From: Eledone cirrhosa
Taxonomy: Eukaryota
Assembly (NCBI GenBank): GCA_964016885.1
Contig: OZ024742.1
Location: 186,186,001-186,250,000 of the forward strand
Reading direction: 5' to 3'
DNA length: 64,000 nucleotides
Both the position numbers and the translations under genes were made by a program. The notes beneath the pieces were generated by a model, which did not search any database, had not been told where the DNA came from, and saw only the letters and a list, made by a program, of their open reading frames with translations. Positions 26,918 to 38,133 of the stretch are shown piece by piece (within the stretch, counting starts at the first letter, position 1; each line of letters begins with the position of its first letter).

Positions 26918-27967
26918 AAGAATGAGAAATAAGATAGATTGAGGGGATGAGTGGGATGGATTTGGAAAACATGTCTTTAGATAAAAATAACAGGTCCATT
27001 CATGTTGACATCTCTTGCAAAACTGTTGGTGCTCGTGTTTTGTGTATGATTTATTTTTTAGAAAAGTGGATGACGGAGCGCCACACACACATATATAAAT
27101 ACATACATATATGTACACATATATTGGTTGTGAGTTTGATTCCCAGACGGACTGTGTGCTGTGTTCTTGTGCAAGACACTTTATTTCACGTTGCTCTAGT
27201 TTACTCAGCTGTAGAAATGAGTTGTGACGTAACTGATGCCAAGCTGTATTGGCCTTAGACAACGTTGGTGGCATGGAGGAGAGGCGAGACTGGTATGCAT
27301 GGGTGACTGCTGGTTTTACATAAACAACTTGTCCAGACATGTGCCTCAGAAGGCAACTTCGTAGGTGCAAATCCCATGGTCACTCATGTCTGAAGGGGGT
27401 CTTTACCCTTTACTTTTAACATATATATATATATGTATATATTATAACCGCGGCCAAATTTAGTCCCATAGGAGCAAGGTACAGCGTGGCCAATTCTGGC
27501 CACACTTGTCTCTTCATGTGGATGACCCATATAACTCATGCAAGCATGGAAAATGTTAAATGTTGATGATGATGATGATGATGATAATATATATATATAT
27601 ATGGAAGCATATGGAAGCCAGAATCAGTTCCCGTCCCACCCTTGCAAGCAGGGAAAAGCGGACGTAAAATGATGATGATGATGATGATGATATGCAAGAA
27701 ATTGCATTGCCCAGAGGGTGGCCTACTAGGAAGATAGAAGCTTTTGTTCATTCTTTCCCCTGAGTAACTTTGCTATATATATATAAATATATAAGTAGAA
27801 GGGGTATTTAATTTGTTGGAAGTCCGACAAATATAAATGTTTATAACTGATTTAGAGCACTCAACAGCTTACTGGAGTAAATATTCTATGATATTAAATA
27901 AATATCCAGTGAATATCCAAAAGGTATGATTTTCAAGGGTATGTCTCTATTTATAAAACAAACTTTG

Positions 27968-28032
27968 TATTTTATCTGATGAAAGCGTACCAATGTGTCT
28001 TGGTACCCTTGAAATATATATATAATAAAATA
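27968..28032 (+). ncRNA. Minimal type I hammerhead ribozyme, family A
   Basis: UAUUUUAU-CUGAUGA-AAG c GUACCAA uguguc UUGGUAC c CUU-GAA-AUAUAUAUAU-A-AUAAAAUA. Confidence 0.82.
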
Positions 28033-28093
28033 AATATGGTTTTATAAATATAGTTTCCATTTATTTAATATCATTGAATATAAATATATATAT

Positions 28094-29820
28094 AGATAGA
28101 GGAAACTATAGAGGTATAAAGCTGATGGACCAGCTCATGAAAGGAACAGAAAGAGTTATAGCACAGTTGATTAGGGACCGGGTGAAACTAGATGAGATGC
28201 AATTTGGGTTTGTGCCAGGAAGAGGCACCACTGATGCCCTCTTCCTTGTGAGGCAGTTACAGGAAAAGTACCTAGCTAAAAGTAAGCCGCTCTACCTGGC
28301 ATTCATCAATCTCAAGAAAGCCTTTGACAGAGCTCCCCGTGCTATAATCTGGTGGGCTCTTAGAAACCTAGGAGTAGATGAATGGCTTGTGAAAGCTGTA
28401 CAAGCCATGTATAGGGGAGCAGTCAGAAAAGTTAGGATTAGCAATGACTATAGTGAGGAATTTAGCGTACAGGTCGGTGTCCACCAGGGCTCTGTTCTTA
28501 GCCCTCTCCTGTTCATCATAGTTCTGCAGGCAATAATGGAGGAGTTTAATACCAGATGCCCATGGGAACTGCTGTATGCAGATGACATCACACTTATAGC
28601 TGAATCTATGGTAGAACTAGAGAAGAAATTCCAAACTTGGAAGCAGGGACTAAAAAGAAAGGGTATCAAAGTCAACCTGACAAAGACTAAGGTCCTTGTA
28701 AGTAGACGAGAAAACAGAACCCAGATCCCCTCAGGGAAATGGCCTTGCTCAGTATGTAGGAAAGGTGTAGGTAGGAACTCCATTCTCTGCCCCAAATGCA
28801 ACCAATGGGTACACAAGAGATGTAGCGGGATCTCAGGAAGCTTAACTAAGAATGTAGGCTTCACATGTAGCAGCTGTGCTGGGACAGCAAGCAGGAAACA
28901 GCCACAGGAAACAAGTACCACCAAACTGTGGGAGGGCTCTGTAGAAACAGTAGACAGCTTCTGCTACCTAGGTGACCGAATTAACAGCGGAGGTGGGTGT
29001 TCGGAAAGTACAATAACTAGGGTAAGATTGGGATGGAAGGAGTTCAGGGAGCTACTACCACTGCTAGCTACAAAAGGCTTTTCCCTCAAAATGAAAGGCA
29101 GACTGTATGATGCATGTATACAAACAGCAATGTTACATGGTAGTGAGACCTGGGCGCTGTCTGTAGAAGACTTGCGTAGATTAGAAAGAAACGAAGCCTG
29201 CATGTTCCGATGGAGGTGTAATAGTAATATACGCGAACGGCAAAGCATAAATGAATTCAGAGAGAGACTGAGCATAAGAGGAATCAAATGCTGTGTGCAG
29301 GAGAGGCGGTTGCATTGGTATGGACATGTGATGCGTATGAAGGATGACAGCTGCATAAAAAGGTGCAGAGTGCTAGAAGTCGATGGAAAGCGTGGAGTGG
29401 GGAGACCCAAGAAGACCTGGGATGAGGTGATAAAAGCCGACCTTACCCAATTGCACCTCTCAAAAGCGATGACACACGACTGTGACCTCTGGCGTTGCGC
29501 AGTAATACAGAAGACCCAACGCCCCCACGGGTACAAGCCGAAGCTGAAGCATACAGACAATATGCCTCCACACCCTCCCACTGCAAAAAAGCACCCAGCC
29601 CACACAGTAAAGTGAACGTGTAGGCACCACGGAAAAAGCACCCAGCACTCACTGTGAATGAGGTTGGTGTTAGGAAGGGCATCCAGCTGTAGAAATCAAG
29701 CCAGTATCAGTTCCCGTATGAACAAGGTATGGTCAGCCGACCGAACACTGCCCACAACAGGACAACCCATCTAACCCATGCTAGCGTGGAAGAACGGATG
29801 TAAAATGGTGATGATGATGA
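28094..29820 (+). mobile_element. RTE LINE, 5'-truncated, with uninterrupted RT and C-terminal frame
   Basis: ORF 28074-29615: NYRGIKL, QFGFVPGRGTTDA, QGSVLSPLLF, YADD, Cys-rich insert, RRLHWYGHV; (GAT)n tail. Confidence 0.95.
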
Positions 29821-29839
29821 TATACACACACATGTACTA

Positions 29840-29872
<33 letters not shown>

Positions 29873-30269
29873 CAGAATGGCCTGGCGTTGCTCGAGATTT
29901 GCTCTAGGGTTCCTATATATTTGATATATATTTATCCTTATCGAGTCTCGTGAAATAAACACGTTTGTTTATATTTTGTTATTGTGTATGCAAAAATATC
30001 TGTACACGAATATATATATATATATAACAGTACATAGAAGTACAGAATACCTCGGCCCTGGGATGGTGTCTACATTTTGTGCTTATAAAAAAATTTGTCG
30101 TAGATTACCAGGGTTTTTTCTGTGCAAAGAAAATCAATACTTTATCGCGAAATAAATACTTTTGTTTATATTTTGTTATTCTGTATGCAAAAATATCTGT
30201 ACACAAATATATAATTATATATGTAGAATGATATTAAATAAATGGAAACTATATTCATAAAACCATATT

Positions 30270-30330
30270 TATTCTATTATATATATTTCAAGGGTACCAA
30301 CATTTTGGTACGCTATCATCAGATAAAATA
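30270..30330 (-). ncRNA. Minimal type I hammerhead ribozyme, family A
   Basis: CUGAUGA-UAG c GUACCAA aaug UUGGUAC c CUU-GAA-(AU)n-A with 8-bp helix I. Confidence 0.78.
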
Positions 30331-30547
30331 CAAAATGTTTTATAAATATTTGACATAACCAAGGATAATATACCTTAATGGTTCAAGTTATCCCTGGAGA
30401 GTGAAAGGAAGAGAGAAAAGAGTCAGATATTTCAAATTATTAAGATGAGTATGCAAATGAGGTTTATGTTGAATGCTCTGAAACTGTTGAGTGCTCTGAA
30501 TCAGATAAAAACATTTATATTTGTTGATTTACCAACAAATTGAATAT

Positions 30548-32160
30548 CCCTTCATGCCTCTCTAGTAACATTGTCTACAAATGTAAGGTTGAAACACCCA
30601 CGTCCCGTAAGGCCCTCATAGGGTTAACCGCCAATAGATTCAAGCAGCGTCTTTACATGCATACCCATTCTTTTCTTAAACCTTTAAGAAGGAATATGAC
30701 GTTACTTTCAGCTTATATCTGGAGTCTAAAAGACAACCACACCCAATATAAGTTACACTGGGAGATCCTAGCTAGGGCTATATCGTATAACGGAAATAAA
30801 AGACCATGTAACCTCTGCGCTGCTGAGGCCCTGGAAATACTCCACGCCAAAGAACACATCTTAAACAAAAAATGTGAGGCAATTTCGGCTTGTAAACATA
30901 AATTGCACAAAACTTTCCTGTATTACAGCCCCACATTATACCCTAACGGATAGTACAAACTATACGCGGATATTTTACGTCTAGATGTGGTAGCTATATA
31001 TATATTATGTTTATACCATTACTTATTTGTATAGGTAAGTATATATTACCTGTATGTTTTGTGAAGGTACGTATACTTTCTTGTACGTATATTTGATTGT
31101 ATATGTTATGGCGTATATATTATATATTCTGGTACATATGCTTTTGGTTATGTGTATACGTGAGTTTTGCGTCTGTGTGAGTATGCGGGTTCGTACGTAT
31201 GTAGGGTGTGTGTATATGTGTACTTTATGTTTTGGTTGACGTATGTCTCCGAACATATGTATATTTACATGTAGGTATGTGTGTGCGCTTGTTATATACG
31301 TATTTATTTATTTATATACGTTTATTTAATTATATGTATACACACGCACACACACACACATATATATATATATTTTTTTTTTAATATATATTTTAATGTG
31401 TATTTGGTGTATACATTCGTATGCGTGCGGGTACAGGCGTTGCGTGGGTTCTGTATGTGTATACAGGGTTTTTTTTTTTTTTGTGTACGTGCGTGTATTT
31501 GTATACCTACGGCGAGTGTTTTCGCGTATGCTTGTGTATGTACGTTTATGTATGCGTGTATGGATTTATTTAATTTCAATTACCTCTGTATTTTATTTAC
31601 TTTATTCTTAACTCTGAAGCCGAGAATCATTCGGTTTCCTAGTTAGAATTTTAGTCTACGACTTCAGCTATACCATTTACGTGGTTTTGTCTTTGCGTGC
31701 AATTGTTGTTCCCGCTCCACATATGACGTATTTTCTTCGTTTTTTCCGTTCATTGCCAGAGAACGTCTCTATGAACCACCTAATAGAATATTAGTCTACG
31801 ACTTCTTTTATACCATAAACGTGGTTTTGTCTTTGCATGTAATTGTTTTTCACCGCTCCAAATAATGACGTATTATATTCTTTTTTTCCTGTTCTTTGCC
31901 AAGGAACGTTTCCACGAACCAAAGTATCGTCTTCCTGTCTTCCTCCTGTTGCAACGTTTTTTTGAAATATTCACTTCTGCGTTCACAGATTGACTTTGTT
32001 AGTTTCAGAAGATCCCGTTAAGGGTGAAAGCAGCGATTCTTTGCTTAAACTTTAATCTGTTATTTTAATAAATATTTGCTCTATGTTTCTTATATATTTG
32101 ATATATATTAATCCTTATCGAGCCCTCTTTGGATTTTAGTCTTCAAATTTATTACTATAT
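30548..32160 (+). mobile_element. Penelope-like element 3' part: GIY-YIG endonuclease remnant plus pLTR-like tail
   Basis: NIVYKC...LIGLTANRFKQR...H..SF...LSAYIWSLKD...CNLC..E...I...LNKKCE...CKH. Downstream about 140-bp direct repeats (31648-31921) and a hammerhead-like motif at 32001. Confidence 0.75.
32001..32051 (+). ncRNA. Hammerhead-like ribozyme with variant core CAGAAGA (family C)
   Basis: AGUUU-CAGAAGA-U CCC guuaa GGG U-GAA-AGCA gcgauucuu UGCU-U-AAACU. Confidence 0.68.
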
Positions 32161-32165
32161 ATATA

Positions 32166-33373
32166 TCATCATCATCATCATCATCAACGTTTAACGTCCG
32201 TGTTCCACGCTTGCATGGGTTTGGACGGGGGTAGTCCCACTTGAGGCAAGAGTGATTGTCTTGCTCGCATAGGACTGTCTGGCAGGTTTTCTACAGTTGG
32301 ATGCCCTTCCTAACACCAACCACATTTACAGTGTGGGTCTGGGAGGTTTTTACCGTGTTGCCTACACGGCCACATTACAGCGTGGACTGTGTGTTTTTTT
32401 GTCGTGACACCTACACGATCTCATTTGTTTCGGCCTCGATGGCGCGGCACCAACATAACTTTACATAGAACGGGGTGGTGTGGATCGGGTGGGGGTGGTG
32501 GGACGGGGTGTATTTGTTAGAGATGCCTACTGGCTGGAGTAGGTTTTACTATATATTTAGGTAAGGCGGGTCTTCTCTGTTACTGAGTACCGCCAAAGGT
32601 CTCGGTCCAGTGACATTGTCTTGGAGAGGTGTAAGTGTGTGATGTCGGAGTTTATCAGCTCGTCCCAGGTTTTTCTAGGTCTGCCTATTCCGTGACTACC
32701 GTCTATCTTTATTGCCCTGCACTTTGTTATACAGCTATCGACCTTCATGCGCATCACGTGTCCATACCAACGTAGCCTTCTCTCGAGTAAACAACATCTG
32801 ATCCCTCTTATCTCTAATTTATTCCTTAGTTCGTTTATGCTTTGCCGTTCACGTATATTACTGTTACACATCCAGCGGAGCATGCAAGCTTCGTTCCTCT
32901 CTAGTCTGCGTATATCCTCTGCACACAATGCCCAGGTCTCACTGCCATGCAGCATTGCTGTTCGTATGCAGGCATCGTACAACCTGCCTTTCATTTTTAG
33001 TGAGAACCCTTTAGCAGCTAATAGTGGTATAAGCTCTCTGAACTTTTTCCAACCAGTTCTGACTCTAGCTACAGTACTTTCAGAGCACCCTCCCCCACTG
33101 CTGATTTTATCGCCCAGGTAACGGAAGCTGTCCACTATTTCTATAGAACCCTCTGCGCAATTGAAAGAGCTAGTAGTTTGTGGGCACTTGCTGCTACTTA
33201 TTGCACCAGAGCACCGGCCACATGTAAAATCTATGTTCTTAGTTAGCCTACCTGTGATCCCACTACATCTTTTATGCACCCATACTTTGCATTTAGGACA
33301 TAAAATGGAGTTTCTACCTACGCCTTTCCTACACACCGAGCACGACCATTTCCCAGAAGGGACCGCCGCCTTG
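32166..33373 (-). mobile_element. RTE LINE 3' fragment, near-identical to 7848-9056
   Basis: Identical 259-aa translation (32557-33336 versus 8240-9019). Confidence 0.95.
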
Positions 33374-33374
33374 T

Positions 33375-33406
<32 letters not shown>

Positions 33407-33423
33407 TTAAAATAACAGATTAA

Positions 33424-33474
33424 AGTTTAAGCAAAGAATCGCTGCTTTCACCCTTAACAGGATCTTCTGAAACT
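33424..33474 (-). ncRNA. Hammerhead-like ribozyme, family C (CAGAAGA core)
   Basis: Same fold as 32001-32051; helix II CCU/GGG with a G-U pair. Confidence 0.65.
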
Positions 33475-33857
33475 AAAAAAAAATTGATCTGTGAACGCAG
33501 AAGTAAATATTTCTAAAAACGTTACACCCTATATATATATAGATACACACACTATATATACATATATATACACACACACAGCGACATCATAATGTCGTTA
33601 TGCAGACAGCCAGCCAGATATTATAAGGGCGCAACGTTATATCTATGTATCTATCTAAAAAGAGAAAGACTAGGAATTATAGAGAGAGACCGCTAAATCA
33701 CCTAATGTGGTCCTTAAGGCATTGAAAATTTGAAATTATTTTTGCTCAAAACGCTCACAGGACCATAAGTATTACATGTGTAAAGTTTGAAAACAATCGG
33801 TTGGGTGGTTCTCGAGTCTTAGTGAGCAGACAGACAGACATTCTCTGTGTTAGATAT

Positions 33858-34453
33858 ATATATTATAAAATGAAGTATGTGTGTGTCTGTGTATTACCTA
33901 TAGGGGCCTACATCTTACGACCGATTTTCATGAAACTTTACAGGCTCATAGATTAGTCATCAGGGAGTGTTTTCTATATATCAGCGTATCGTTTTTTTTT
34001 TTTATTCCGGAGTCATTCTGCAGATAAAAATCGATAGGGGGTCACCTTTTTTTAGGTATCGAAAAATAAGATTTTTGGCTCTAGCTCCCACATTTTGCCA
34101 CCGATTTCATTCAAATTTTAAAGCAAAATAAAATTTATCATTGCACATCCTGTAATGGCTTTATATTTTGCATTTGTTGTTCAGGGACGGCGTGGCAGCC
34201 GCTTAAATATTCGAAAATACCACCTTTTCGGCTCTAGCTCCCACATTTTCCCACCGATTTCATTCAAATTCGAAACTCCCTCCCCCAGCATGCCCCTTCG
34301 TCAGTCACCCGCATTTCTCAGTGATAGAGGTCATCACCACCCTCCCCCGCATGGCCTGTGGCTGGCCATAGATGAGTCATCGACAAGCAGTCGCTAACAT
34401 CAACACCTTTTCATCAAAGCAGATATTATTTTACCTACCCAGGCAACGCTGGT
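33858..34453 (+). mobile_element. Non-autonomous Helitron-like element
   Basis: 5' TATTATAAAATGAAG...GTGTGTCTGT...CCGATTTTCATGAAACTT head and 3' hairpin-like CCCAGGCAACGCTGG. Related heads occur in reverse at about 33770-33860, 42005-42092 and 42525-42618. Confidence 0.6.
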
Positions 34454-34794
34454 ATATATATATATATATATGTAAAAGGTAAACAGAAATAACAACACAA
34501 TCTGTATAGTATATGGAAGGAATATATTAGGTTAACACTTGAAATAGCAGGAAGAGGGTTTTAACGTTTTGGACGCTAGGCCTTCATCAGAAGAAAGACA
34601 TTTAATGCATATGGATGATGATTTTGATGTGAATATATGCTAGTAGTTTCAAGTGGAAGGAAATAGGGGAAGAGGAAGACCAAGGCAGAGGTAGTGAAAG
34701 CTGACCCTAGTATGCTGTCCTGAAGACAGTTGTTTTTGTTATATATTTACACACACATGCACACTTATATATATATATATATATATATATACAT

Positions 34795-34852
<58 letters not shown>

Positions 34853-34891
34853 ATATTAAATAAATGGAAACTATATTTATAAAACCATATT

Positions 34892-34952
34892 TATTATATT
34901 ATATATATTTCAAGGGTACCAAAAATTTTGGTAGCTATCATCAGATAAAATA
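34892..34952 (-). ncRNA. Minimal type I hammerhead ribozyme, family A
   Basis: CUGAUGA-UAG c UACCAAAA/UUUUGGUA cc CUU-GAA-(AU)n-A with helix I. Confidence 0.72.
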
Positions 34953-35695
34953 CAAAATGTTTTATAAATATTTGACATGACCAAGGATAATATACCTTGA
35001 CGGTTCAAGTTATCCCTGGATAGTCGAGTGCTCTGAATCAGTTATAAACATCTATGTTGGATTTCCAACAAATTAAATATCTCCTCTATATATATATATA
35101 TTATCATCATCATCATCGTTTAACGTCTATCTCCTACGCTATCATGGGTTAGACGGGAATTGTCCCATTTGAGGTAAGATTAGTCGGGTGACCGTGTCTC
35201 GCTCATATAGGACTATCTGGCAGGTTTTCTACGGTTGGATGCCCTCTCTAACACCAATATATTTATCCTATTTTTCCTTGGTTACTTACTTGCATGTTCC
35301 ATTGTCCTGTCCCCCCACGATGGGATCTGTTCACCTGTTTTTTCTCTTTTTCCTCTCTCCTCACCACCTTTCCCCCTTTGTTTCTTCTTCCTCTTTTCCT
35401 TCTTTTTCCTTCCCTTTTTTATTTTTCTTTCTCTTTTTTTCTCTTCTTTTCCTCCTGGCCTTTTGATTAAGAAAAGGCCTTGGGCACACCGCTGATTGCC
35501 TATAGATGTCCTGTAAATAAGCGCCGAAACATCTTGATTGCGGATTACAGCTGATGAACGATTCTCTTCTTTTCTTCTCGTTTCTTCCATAACTCCCTCC
35601 TAAACCTTGTTTATAGTAACCACACAGCTCCTTTCATTTCTTATCCTTATATATATATATAATTATAATTATATATATATAATTATATTTATATA

Positions 35696-37130
35696 TCTAA
35701 ACTATAATAAAGTAAGGAGTGCGGGACTGCGTCCAGAATATACATTTTTATCCCGCTTGTAAAATAAGTTGGATTACTTTGAAAAAATAATTGTTTCCCA
35801 CTTTAGGCACAAGGCCAGCAAAATACCCAGTGCATTACTGGTACTTTATTTTATCGACCCCGTAAGGATGAAAGGCAAAGTCAACCTCGGCGGGATTTGA
35901 ACTCAGATCGTAAAGGGACGTAACTATGCTGGAAAGCATGGCGTCCGACTCATGAATATAACATAACTTATCTACTCAATTTCGTAAACAAAATAATTTC
36001 GTAAAAATAAATAATTTCAAATTGACTTCTTTTCGGCACCACCACCACTTCGTCGGCACTAGCACCACCAACACTTCAATCTAAACTATAGTAATATATA
36101 TAGAAAGAGAGAGTTTGTGATGAGAGAGATAGAGATTATACACATACTTTCACACAAATATACATACATTCACACATACTTTCACACAAACATACATACT
36201 TTCACACAAATATACATACTTTCACACATATACTTTCACACAAACATACATACATTCACACATATACTTTCACACAAACATACATACATTCACACATATA
36301 CATTTACACAAACACACACATACAGTCATGATAGCGTTCGGTTTAATTGGAGATGGGAGGGTATACTTTCACACAAATATACATACATTCACACAAACAT
36401 ACATACATTCACACACATACATTCACACATATACATTTACACAAACACACACATACAGTCATGATAGCACTCGGTTTAATTGGAAATGGGAGGGTAAAAC
36501 AAGTATAACATTTTATTTATTTATTAACTCTTTTTTTAAAAAACTCATTTAATGTAATGGTTACAGAACGAAAACACTAACAAATATAATCTAAACTATA
36601 ATATAGCAAGGAGTGCAGGACTGCATCTAAAATATAATTTTTTATCCTGTTTGTAAAATAAGTTGCCTTACTTTCAATAAATAATTGTTTCTACTATTGG
36701 CACAAGGCCAGTAATTATCCCAGTACATTACTGGTACTTTATTTTATCGACCCCGTAAGGATGAAAGGCAAAGTTAACCTCGGCGGGATTTGAACTCAGA
36801 ATGGCAAGGGCCGTAACTCTATGCGTCAACGCATGGCACCGACCCTCTACCGATACTGCCAATCCACCGTTTCAATAAATAATTGTTTCTACTTTTGGCA
36901 CAAGGCCAGCAATTACCCAGTGTATTACTGGTACTTTATTTTATAGACCCCCGTAAGGATGAAAGGCAAAGTTAACCTCGGCGGGATTTGAACTCAGAAC
37001 GTAAAGGGACGTAACTATGCTAGAAAGCATGGCATCCAACCCTCTACCGATACTGCCAATTCACCGCCCTTTCACCGTTTCAATAAATAATGAATGAATA
37101 TTACATAATTTATCTACTAAAATTCGTAAC
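35696..37130 (+). mobile_element. Putative Helitron 5' region, duplicated, containing SINE fragments
   Basis: A|TCTAAACTATA... at 35696, 36080 and 36590; 35696-35990 resembles 36590-37130; tandem SINE pieces 36672-37090. Confidence 0.55.
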
Positions 37131-38133
37131 ACATGATTAAACGTATATTTCAATACTTCCAGTATATCTATAGAGAGAGAGAGAGAGTGAAAGAGAAAGA
37201 TGAAGTGATTATTTATTTTTTTGTTTTAACATATATTTATTTCTAAGATTTCACCGTAGAGATAACATATTTATACATACATGACAGAGAGTGAATATGG
37301 GACGCAGAAAACATTTCTCATCTAAATCCCAACGCATGGCAGCAGACGCATTTAGCAGGTATTAGTTGTAGATGTTATCGCCACTTTAGCAGGGTGGTAG
37401 AATCAGTGGTCGTTAGTTGCCAGTGTGGTAAGTGATAGTATCCTCGTTGGATTATCTTGTTGACATAGACGTGAGGGAAGGTACCTCGATCTATTTACCA
37501 TCTATTCACAATATTCCTTTCGTCAGGTCGCCAATTCCAGCAGCATGGATTAAAGATGTCATGGAGACACGAGTAAAACATAACAACGACTTCAACCGCA
37601 GTAATTAGAGATGAAATGTTTGTTTATTTATATGGTTGAAGTTACAGATACAAAGAGGTTACATTAGGGAATGTGCCATTGCGCCGTTAAGCTGGCGAGG
37701 CTAGTGGTGCAATATCTCACTGTTACATTATGCGTGTTGCTGGCTTGAAGTTTCCGGTACAAGAGCGAGATTCTTCAAATCTTCGCGGTGAATTTCTTCC
37801 TCAGGGCGCGTAGGGATACATCTTCTTCTACTGGCGCTGATTGGCTGAACTGAGCCAAATCACGCACAGAGAATGTATGTGAGCCCGCGGAATGTAGGTC
37901 ACTACACGCACAATGACAAAGAGAGAAGAGGGCAAATCAATCAAACAATAATCGCTCTACAACATCCCAACAAATTTCTACAAATATAATTCAGTTAACA
38001 CACCAACAGCAACTTGCAACAAATACACCAAACGTTCAGAGAGGAAGGAACAGGTCAATTGAAAGTCTGGCAAAGAATCCTACAGATGAACCTTTCCAAG
38101 AGCAAACTGTTCTTTCCATAATTCCACAACATA

